From an uncultured Bdellovibrionales bacterium (lineage in GTDB: Bacteria > Patescibacteriota > Minisyncoccia > Moranbacterales > UBA1568), in the NCBI GenBank assembly GCA_964594215.1, contig CAZQLN010000003.1:25447-89446 (forward strand): a DNA stretch of 64,000 nt, in the 5' to 3' direction. A model generated the notes under the pieces. It searched no databases. It worked only from the letters and a program-made list of their open reading frames with translations, and had not been told where the DNA came from. Both the position numbers and the translations under genes were made by a program. Below are positions 57,275 through 64,000 of the stretch, in pieces (positions within the stretch are counted from its first letter, which is position 1; every line of letters starts with the position of its first letter).

Positions 57275-57300
57275 ATAGCCCGAAATAGGGCTATTTTTGT
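57275..57300 (+). terminator. intrinsic terminator
   Basis: 7-bp stem atagccc/gggctat, 6-nt loop, then TTTTTGTTTTTG. Confidence 0.7.
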
Positions 57301-57325
57301 TTTTGATAAAGGCATTATTGGACTA

Positions 57326-57354
57326 TTGACAAAAATGCCTTAGGGGTGTATAAT
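57326..57354 (+). promoter_or_regulatory. consensus sigma70 promoter TTGACA-N17-TATAAT
   Basis: Exact consensus in both hexamers; about 120-nt leader to ATG 57479. Confidence 0.55.
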
Positions 57355-57478
57355 GGCTCTTCAAGGTGCTATTCGAGTATCTTGGAGGGTTCCACCTGGG
57401 ACTCAGCAAACCTGGGTTTCCAGGAGTATGATAAGGTTGTTCGACACCTTTCTCCAAAGTCGAACATGGAGAAATACC

Positions 57479-57901
57479 ATGAAGAAGATGTACCTTTCAA
57501 TTGTTGCTATCGCGGCCTCGCTTGCCATAACGCCTGCATTCGCTGAACCGACGACGGTCAGCGTCGATTCACCTCTCGGTGTTTCGGCCGTTTCTGATGC
57601 ATCGGTCATCGCCATGCCGGCTATTCCCGGTGGCAATGTCGACTATGCCAGGAACCCTGATTTTTTCGCAAACGCCTCGCTGTGCGTTTCGAATCCTGAC
57701 GGTAACTGGGCGATTAGGCGCGATGGGACGCTCGACACCTTCAATCCTGAACGTCGGGCAGCGTGCGCACCGATCGTCAATGGTCAGGCTGCCGTATCTG
57801 GCAACTTCGTCCGTGGCGCCACGCCGTTCATTATGCGCGACGGCCGCATTCTGGCCTGGGCTGGTCGTGATCGGCTCAAGGGGTTGCCGCCTATCCGGTA
57901 A
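57479..57901 (+). CDS. small secreted hypothetical protein, GC-rich (about 58%)
   Basis: GGAG then ATG 57479; signal peptide MKKMYLSIVAIAASLAITPAFA. The track ORF from 57353 begins inside the -10 hexamer. Confidence 0.55.
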   Translation: MKKMYLSIVAIAASLAITPAFAEPTTVSVDSPLGVSAVSDASVIAMPAIPGGNVDYARNPDFFANASLCVSNPDGNWAIRRDGTLDTFNPERRAACAPIVNGQAAVSGNFVRGATPFIMRDGRILAWAGRDRLKGLPPIR

Positions 57902-57924
57902 ATCCGGACAATCGGCACACGAGT

Positions 57925-57980
57925 CTCGGGAGGAAATGTTTGTACTTGTACACGCATTTCCTCCTGGGCTTTTTCTTTTT
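57925..57980 (+). terminator. intrinsic terminator (9-bp stem ggaggaaat/atttcctcc, then tgggcTTTTTcTTTTT)
   Basis: Direct reading. A second weaker hairpin (agactctc…gagggtct + T6, 57981-58016) overlaps the stop of the convergent gene. Confidence 0.5.
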
Positions 57981-57997
57981 AGACTCTCTTTACTTAC

Positions 57998-59371
57998 TTA
58001 GAGGGTCTTTTTTGTGCCTTGTTTTTGGGTGAGCGCCAGAAGAGCTCCAAAGAGGACAAAGTAAATCCATTCCACAGGAGTGTTTTTGAAAATATTGTCT
58101 GTAAAACCGGCTATAAAAAGACAACCAGTGAAGAGAAGCATAATAAGGCTAAGATCCTGGATGAGTGGTTCAGAAGTGGTTTTTTTGATACGAAGAAGTA
58201 GATAGCTGAGCCAACCATAAAAGAACAGTAGCACGCCGAGACCGAGGATTCCGCCCTCAATAAAGAATTTAACGAAGTCATTGTGAGCGTCATTGGAGCC
58301 GGCAACGGAGTCTCTCACGGTGCTTGCGAAGAGAGGAAAAGTGTTAATACCAGAACCGAGGAGGACACGATCGTCTTGGAATGTTTTGGTAATAACATCA
58401 CTCCACAGTGTCTTGCGCCAGACAATGGAACTGTCAGGGTCAGGCGAGAAACTTTCGGCTACACGGTCTTGGAAAGCGGGTGATATGAAGAGGAGAAAAA
58501 GTGGAAGAATAATGAGAGGAATAAGGAGGACTCGGTATCTGAAGAAGGCTAGACCAAGAACAAAGAGAAAGGTGATGAGCCAGGCTACACGGGCAAAGGT
58601 GAGAAAGAGAAGGAGTAGAAGTAGGAAGAGTATCCCGTAGAGAGGAAGAGAGAATAAGCTTTTGTTTTTTGGTGCAACGCTTCTTTGGTAGATGAGCCAG
58701 ACAATAAGAAGGGCAAATAGATAGAGGGAAAGGGTATTCGGATGAGCAAAAGTACCAAAAATACGAGGGATAGAGACATCAGCGTCACTGAAACCAATAT
58801 GGTTGAAGTATTGGTAAAGGGCGACAAGGCCAGGGATGACAGCTGATAATAAAAGAGCAAGGAGAAGTTTTTTAAAATCTTTCGGGGTACGGACAAAGAG
58901 AAATCCCAAAAGCCCAATAACGTAGAGATCGAAGATGCGAATGATTTCTGTGAGACTGGTAGTCCAGGAAAGAGAATAAGCAAGAGTTACTGTACCCCAA
59001 AGAATAAGGAGAAGAAATGGACCAGTGAGAAGAAGGTGCTTCTGTCTTTCTCGGTAGAGGTAGATAAGGTAGAGACCGAGAAGCCCTATAGCTAAACCAA
59101 GAATCTGTGAGAGTGAGAGATTATAATCACGGACCGTGATAGTGACATACTGGGAGGAGTAGTCGAGTGACATACGGGCAATGATAAGAAGGCTGAGGAA
59201 AGTGAGGGGTCGCTCACGAAAAAGAATGAAAAAACCAATTCCACCAAAAATGACTATAGGGATAGCTAAATTGAAATCAAGGGCAATACCAAAAGTAAGC
59301 CCGATGAAAATAAGGAGAGTAATAATAATTGCGCTTCTGGGAATAGTGAAGGGTTCTTTTATTTGTGCCAT
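57998..59371 (-). CDS. O-antigen ligase/polymerase family (Wzy_C-like) polytopic membrane protein
   Basis: About 12 TMs with large loop; …FGTFAHPNTLSLYL… motif region; glycan-locus context. Confidence 0.65.
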   Translation of the reverse strand: MAQIKEPFTIPRSAIIITLLIFIGLTFGIALDFNLAIPIVIFGGIGFFILFRERPLTFLSLLIIARMSLDYSSQYVTITVRDYNLSLSQILGLAIGLLGLYLIYLYRERQKHLLLTGPFLLLILWGTVTLAYSLSWTTSLTEIIRIFDLYVIGLLGFLFVRTPKDFKKLLLALLLSAVIPGLVALYQYFNHIGFSDADVSIPRIFGTFAHPNTLSLYLFALLIVWLIYQRSVAPKNKSLFSLPLYGILFLLLLLLFLTFARVAWLITFLFVLGLAFFRYRVLLIPLIILPLFLLFISPAFQDRVAESFSPDPDSSIVWRKTLWSDVITKTFQDDRVLLGSGINTFPLFASTVRDSVAGSNDAHNDFVKFFIEGGILGLGVLLFFYGWLSYLLLRIKKTTSEPLIQDLSLIMLLFTGCLFIAGFTDNIFKNTPVEWIYFVLFGALLALTQKQGTKKTL

Positions 59372-59997
59372 GTCAGTGTGTAAGTCATAGTAAAACCACA
59401 GAAACGATGAGCGGTAAGAGTGGCATTAGGAAGTTTGGTGAGGTTAGCAAGAGAAAGAAGATCAGCCTTACTTAAAAGAGACATATAGCCATCAGCGGCC
59501 CAAGATTTACCAATCAGTTTCAAGAATTTATCAAAAAGAGATTGAGGGAGAATTAAGTGAAGGAAAGGGATACGAGTGTGGACTTCTATAGGAAAGTGAC
59601 GATTGGGGGTAGTGAGATAGCCGCGACGACTAACACGAGCCAATTCTCGAAGAAAAGCGAGCTGAGCGTCCCAATTACCCACATGTTCTATAACGGCGTT
59701 GCTGTAAGCGATATCAAACTGATTGTCCTCAAAAGGAAGGTTGGTGCCGTCAGCTTGTATACAAGTAATGGTTGGATAGAGGGTCTGAAGAGCGGCCGGG
59801 TCATCAAGACTGACGACAGTAATCTGTTTTGGATAGGGATAGTGTTTTTCGAGATAGTTATCGGTATCTGAATACTCTCGGGCATTAGCACCCACATCAA
59901 GAATCGTCTCAGTGGGCGTTGGTGAGAGTTGTGAAAGAAAAAAAGTATATTTCTTAGCACGACTTTTGGCTGAGATACGGTAGGCAAAACTTTTCAT
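59359..59997 (-). CDS. class I SAM-dependent methyltransferase
   Basis: Motif I ILDVGANAREY; motif post-I/II …IAYSNAVIEHV…. Confidence 0.7.
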   Translation of the reverse strand: MKSFAYRISAKSRAKKYTFFLSQLSPTPTETILDVGANAREYSDTDNYLEKHYPYPKQITVVSLDDPAALQTLYPTITCIQADGTNLPFEDNQFDIAYSNAVIEHVGNWDAQLAFLRELARVSRRGYLTTPNRHFPIEVHTRIPFLHLILPQSLFDKFLKLIGKSWAADGYMSLLSKADLLSLANLTKLPNATLTAHRFCGFTMTYTLTWHK

Positions 59998-60031
59998 GAC
60001 AAGAAGAAATTTACTCTCTTTATAATACCCT

Positions 60032-60047
60032 CTATACTAGAGTATAG
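60032..60047. promoter_or_regulatory. 16-bp perfect palindrome CTATACTAGAGTATAG in a divergent promoter region (candidate operator)
   Basis: Sits just downstream of a TATAAT hexamer (60021-60026); between the methyltransferase (-) and GT4 (+) genes. Confidence 0.3.
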
Positions 60048-60069
60048 CATCAAGTAAGAAGACTACTCA

Positions 60070-61278
60070 ATGAAAATTCTCCTCATCAACAAATACCACT
60101 TTCTTAGGGGTGGTGCGGAAAGAGCCTATCTAGATATGGGCGAGATTTTGACTCAGGCCGGACATGAAGTGGCATATTTTGCTATGCAGGATTCTCAGAA
60201 TCTTCCAACCCCCTGGTCACGTTTTTTTGTGACAGCTGTTGATTATCATCGAGAACAGAGTCTGTGGCAGAAACTCCGCGTCGCCCTACGAATTGTTTGG
60301 AACCATGAAGCTAACAAAAAACTAGATGCTTTGATCCAAGAATTTGAACCAGATGTAGTGCATCTTCATAATATCTACCATCAACTCTCGCCAAGTATCT
60401 TGCACGTGCTTAAGAGATACCGTATACCCACGGTGATGACCCTTCATGATTACAAGATTGTTTCTCCAAGCTACACGTTATTTGCTAATGATGCCATTTG
60501 GAAGCACACTTCGGGGTTTAGAGCTATTCGAGATAAGGTGGTAGATCACTCATTTTCGAAGAGCGCTGTTTGCGCTTTTGAGGGGTGGTTTCATAAGCTA
60601 CTAGGAAGTTATCGGGGCGTTGATCGCTTGATCTCGCCGAGTCATTTCCTGAAAAATCTTTGTCAGGAACTTGGTGTGAAGCAAGAGATCGCTGTCATTC
60701 CAAATCCACTTCTTCATATTCCTCAAAATCAGTTCTCTCAGGTACCGAATAGACTTCTTTATGTGGGGAGGCTTTCAGCAGAAAAAGGGGTGGCTTTTTT
60801 ATTACAAACCTTAGCAGAGTATGCCCCAAATAAATATCTTCGTATCATTGGGGCTGGGCCAGAAGTAAACTTCCTAAAGGAAAAGGTACAAGAACTTAAG
60901 CTTGGTGATCGAGTAGAGTTTTGTGGAGCGCTTCATGGAGAAGATCTTGATCGAGAAGTTTTGAGTGCTGAAGCTTTGATAGTACCCTCTCTCTGGTACG
61001 AAAATTTGCCATACGTCGTAACTGAAAATCAGGCTCGCGGAGTGGTAGTCATAGCGAGCGCAAGTGGTGGCGTCACTGAGCGTATCCATCATGGAGTCAA
61101 TGGTTATCTTTTCCCTATAGGGGATAAGAAGGCTCTCGGGAAAATACTCGAGCAACTTAATCCTCAGGATTCAGAATCTATCCGTATGCAGGCTAAGCTT
61201 GATACGAGAGACCTTTCTCCGGAGCTGTTTCTTGAACGGATAGAGGCTCTCTATAAAGAACTTCTTAAAGAAGACTAA
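60070..61278 (+). CDS. glycosyltransferase family 4
   Basis: KILLINKYHFLRGGAERAY N-terminus; C-terminal …ENLPYVVTENQARGVVVIAS… E-x7-E-like region. Confidence 0.8.
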   Translation: MKILLINKYHFLRGGAERAYLDMGEILTQAGHEVAYFAMQDSQNLPTPWSRFFVTAVDYHREQSLWQKLRVALRIVWNHEANKKLDALIQEFEPDVVHLHNIYHQLSPSILHVLKRYRIPTVMTLHDYKIVSPSYTLFANDAIWKHTSGFRAIRDKVVDHSFSKSAVCAFEGWFHKLLGSYRGVDRLISPSHFLKNLCQELGVKQEIAVIPNPLLHIPQNQFSQVPNRLLYVGRLSAEKGVAFLLQTLAEYAPNKYLRIIGAGPEVNFLKEKVQELKLGDRVEFCGALHGEDLDREVLSAEALIVPSLWYENLPYVVTENQARGVVVIASASGGVTERIHHGVNGYLFPIGDKKALGKILEQLNPQDSESIRMQAKLDTRDLSPELFLERIEALYKELLKED

Positions 61279-63349
61279 TGCGAGCATCAAGAGCGAGCGC
61301 CTTTTTACCCTTAGGAAAGACCAGAAAAGGATTAACATCAAGTGATTCTATCTCAGGATGATTGATGGCTAGATTGCTTAAATTGAGGATAGCTTCGTAG
61401 ATTGGCTCGAGGTCGATTGGAAGCTCACCACGAGTACCCTCAAGGAGAGCCTTACTTTTGAGCTCTCCAAGCATTTCGGTTACATCATTTCGTGTCAGTG
61501 GTGCGAAGCGTAAACTGGCATCTTGGAAGACCTCGACATAGATACCCCCTAAACCTACAACAACTACCTTGCCGAGACCTGGTTCGGTTTTGATGCCAAG
61601 GATGAGTTCTTTACCATGGGTACTGTCGATTTGTTCATTGATGGAAACCCCTTTAATTTCAGCATGAGGTACATTTTTGGTAATGGTTTCAATCAGGGTG
61701 TCGTAAGCGCTACCGATATTTTCTGGAGGGATATTCAAGAGCACGCCACCAGCATCTGATTTATGAATAATTTCTGGTGAAATAATTTTAAGAACTACTG
61801 GAGTACTAAAGAGACGGGCGTTTTCTTCGGCGTCAGCTCGTGAGGTAACCGTGACGGCTCGGGGAAAAGTAAAGCCGTAATTCATCAACACTGATTCAAC
61901 TTCGATAGCGAGGAGTTGAGTCTTTTTTTCTTTGACAGCCTTCTCGATAATCTGAGCTACGGTGGCGTTACTCTGATTAGGAAGAGTTATTTCTTCGGGA
62001 GTGTTTTTAGCCCAAACAGAAAGCGTATGAAGAGCACCTAAGGCATTTGCTCCGGCTTCGGCCATTTGATAGGTGGCAATAACGGGGTCAAGTAAGGCGC
62101 GAGCTTCTTTGAAGGAATCTTTACCAGCAAACACAGCCGCAAGAGGAAGGGTGGATTTTTCGCGGAAACGGACCAAAGCTTCAGCTGTAGTAGTAGCTTC
62201 GGTCATAGACTGTGGAGTAACAATAACGAGAATCATCTCGACGCCCTGGTCTGCTCCAATAAGTGCCAACGCTTCTTCATAGCGTTTTGTCGGAGCATCA
62301 CCAAGGACATCAACTGGATTGTGACTACTTGCGGCTGGTGGGAGTAGCTCTTGGAGTGCTTTGGTTGTTTCTGGACTGAGTTCTGCAAGCTTAAGACCCT
62401 TTTTGCTCACTGCATCACTTGCGAGAACCCCAAGACCGCCAGCATTGGTGAGGATAGCTACATGAGGGCCAGCTGGAAAAGAATTTTTGGAAGTAATAAG
62501 AAGATTATCAAGAAACTCTTGAAAGGTTTCCGCACGGAGGATATGAGCCTGTTTAAAAAGAGCAGAATAAGCCATATCACTTCCAGCGAGCGAACCTGTA
62601 TGAGAACTGGAAGCCTTACTTCCAGCCTCAGTAGCGCCACTCTTAAGAACAACGGCGGGTTTAGTGAGAGAACGACCAGCCTCTATGAAACTACGAGCAT
62701 CAGTAACATCCTCACTGTAAAAACCAATCACATGAGTGTTAGTTTCTGTATTGAAATAGGTAAGAAAATCTTTTTCTTGAAGAGCGGTTTTGTTACCAAT
62801 ACTTAGAAACTGTGAAAAAGAGAGGCTTTCATGAGTCATGTCGAGAAGTGCTGTTGAGAGTGCGCCGCTCTGTGAGAAAAAGCCAATGCTACCAGAATTG
62901 GGCATTTGCTTAGCAAAGGAGGCATTGAGTTTAATATGCGGATTGATATAGCCGAGACAGTTCGGCCCGAGGAGGGTGAGATCGTACTTCTTAACGAGGT
63001 CAAGAAGAGCTGTTTCGCGAGCCTTACCCTCTTCACCAGTCTCTTTGAAACCAGCGGAAATAATAACAATATTTTTGACACCCTTTTCACCACATTCCTC
63101 AACTATGGGGATAACTATGGCGGCAGGAACTACTACGATAGCAAGATCAACCACTTCGGGTACTTCTTTGATTGAAGCGAAGCAGGGCAGATCATAAAGA
63201 AGCGTGGCCTTAGGATTTACAGGATAGGCTCGGCCTTCATACCCGTAGGTGACAATATTTTTGACAACATCATTACCAACGGAGCCAACATTCGTAGAGG
63301 CACCAATAATGGCTATAGAGGCGGGTTGTAGAAGGTTTTGGAGAGGCAT
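61265..63349 (-). CDS. acetyl-CoA synthetase (ADP-forming), fused alpha/beta (NDP-forming acyl-CoA synthetase family)
   Basis: N-terminal CoA-binding IAIIGASTNVGSVGN…, succinyl-CoA-synthetase-like flavodoxin domain, C-terminal ATP-grasp; 694 aa. Confidence 0.8.
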   Translation of the reverse strand: MPLQNLLQPASIAIIGASTNVGSVGNDVVKNIVTYGYEGRAYPVNPKATLLYDLPCFASIKEVPEVVDLAIVVVPAAIVIPIVEECGEKGVKNIVIISAGFKETGEEGKARETALLDLVKKYDLTLLGPNCLGYINPHIKLNASFAKQMPNSGSIGFFSQSGALSTALLDMTHESLSFSQFLSIGNKTALQEKDFLTYFNTETNTHVIGFYSEDVTDARSFIEAGRSLTKPAVVLKSGATEAGSKASSSHTGSLAGSDMAYSALFKQAHILRAETFQEFLDNLLITSKNSFPAGPHVAILTNAGGLGVLASDAVSKKGLKLAELSPETTKALQELLPPAASSHNPVDVLGDAPTKRYEEALALIGADQGVEMILVIVTPQSMTEATTTAEALVRFREKSTLPLAAVFAGKDSFKEARALLDPVIATYQMAEAGANALGALHTLSVWAKNTPEEITLPNQSNATVAQIIEKAVKEKKTQLLAIEVESVLMNYGFTFPRAVTVTSRADAEENARLFSTPVVLKIISPEIIHKSDAGGVLLNIPPENIGSAYDTLIETITKNVPHAEIKGVSINEQIDSTHGKELILGIKTEPGLGKVVVVGLGGIYVEVFQDASLRFAPLTRNDVTEMLGELKSKALLEGTRGELPIDLEPIYEAILNLSNLAINHPEIESLDVNPFLVFPKGKKALALDARISLL

Positions 63350-63416
63350 AATGTATATTGGTTTTTAGCTATTTTTAGGGCTCTTTTATGACTTATTATA
63401 GCGGAAAAGAGCAGTA

Positions 63417-63445
63417 TTGACAAAATATCAGAAATTTGCTATGAT
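63417..63445 (+). promoter_or_regulatory. sigma70-type promoter TTGACA-N17-TATGAT
   Basis: Direct reading; upstream of ATG 63476. Confidence 0.45.
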
Positions 63446-63475
63446 GACAGGTCTAATAAGTTTTAAGACCAACCT

Positions 63476-64000
63476 ATGTCAAAGAGTAAATTTTGGCTTT
63501 CAAAAGAGGTTTTGATGGGTTTTGCCCTTATCATTTTGGTAGTGGCACCTATCTTCGCTTTTGGTAAGTCTGGCGTTGTTTACGTCAATGAAGATGCAAA
63601 GGGTAAAGAGGATGGTACCGCAGCTAACCCGTATAAAACCATTTCCAAGGCTTTGAAAAAAGCTAAGAAAGGTGATGAGGTGCGTGTACGTAATGGTACC
63701 TACACTGAAAATATCACTATCCCAAGTGGGGTAGAGGTAGTGAGTGTTAGTGGTAATCGCGAAAAAGTTATCATCAAAGCAGATAAGGATGATCAACCAG
63801 CCGTTACCATGAAAGATGGTACTCGTTTGACTCGGGTCACCGTCAAGGGTGGACGTCATGGTGTTCGTGTAGAAAGTGATGCTAAGGCAACTATCTACAA
63901 TGTAATCATCAAGGACAGTAAGCGAGATGGTATTCATGCTGATAAGGCTCGACTTGAAAAGAGTAAGCAGCTAGTCATCGACAAAGTACAAATCCATGAC
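63476..64000 (+). CDS. secreted right-handed parallel beta-helix-like protein, 3'-truncated at window edge
   Basis: Signal-anchor FALIILVVAPIFAF; beta-helix-like repeats (NGTYTENITIPSGVEVVSVSG, VTVKGGRHGVRVESDAKATIYNVIIKDSKRDGIHAD). Open to the window end, so absent from the ORF track. Confidence 0.55.
   Translation, partial: MSKSKFWLSKEVLMGFALIILVVAPIFAFGKSGVVYVNEDAKGKEDGTAANPYKTISKALKKAKKGDEVRVRNGTYTENITIPSGVEVVSVSGNREKVIIKADKDDQPAVTMKDGTRLTRVTVKGGRHGVRVESDAKATIYNVIIKDSKRDGIHADKARLEKSKQLVIDKVQIHD

Noticed and set aside
57981-58016. Second hairpin + T6 after the 57925..57980 terminator
   Set aside because: Imperfect stem (one mismatch) and it overlaps the stop codon of the convergent gene. 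Mentioned in the terminator evidence but not called separately.
63500-63937. 145-aa - strand ORF
   Set aside because: Opposite a + strand frame that is open to the window end, which has a promoter, a signal anchor and beta-helix-like repeats. The - strand translation is low-complexity junk.
1-64000. Mobile elements / prophage
   Set aside because: No integrase, transposase, recombinase or terminal inverted repeats recognised. The GC-rich island lacks flanking direct repeats or a tRNA, so the HGT call rests on composition alone.

Overview
The window is a gene-dense, low-GC (about 40-43% by eye) bacterial chromosomal segment, almost all on the + strand and consistent with a small-genome, CPR/Patescibacteria-like organism (inference only). 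Recognisable content includes:
- **Translation and secretion:** five aminoacyl-tRNA synthetases (TyrS, PheS, PheT, archaeal-type AspRS, LysS, SerS), SecD/SecF, Frr, GreA, a tRNA-Lys(UUU) and an ABC-F factor.
- **Cell shape and envelope:** MreB/MreC/MreD and a PBP2-type transpeptidase, an RseP-type site-2 protease, and a MacB/FtsX-type ABC transporter (ATPase plus two permeases).
- **Glycan biosynthesis:** three GT4 glycosyltransferases, two short Wzz-like proteins, an O-antigen-ligase-like membrane protein, a SAM methyltransferase and an NDP-sugar epimerase.
- **Central metabolism:** an ADP-forming acetyl-CoA synthetase.
- **Less usual content (see findings):** (a) three tandem small genes that each encode only an RNA-polymerase alpha-CTD-like domain; (b) a rifampin-phosphotransferase/PEP-synthase-like locus carrying three phosphohistidine swivel modules; (c) SecD with an inserted parvulin-like PPIase segment; (d) a CYTH / APH-family kinase / NUDIX / NUDIX-like operon; (e) two tandem pairs of a Cys-rich secreted protein and a multi-TM histidine kinase, followed by a double-REC response regulator; (f) a pol-beta nucleotidyltransferase convergent with a DEDDh exonuclease; (g) a GC-rich (about 52-58%) island of three secreted proteins, each behind a near-consensus sigma70 promoter; (h) an orphan promoter/46-codon ORF/terminator unit.

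No CRISPR array, integrase, transposase or rRNA was seen. All coordinates come from reading the sequence and the ORF track. No database searches were run, so every functional call rests on motif recognition alone.
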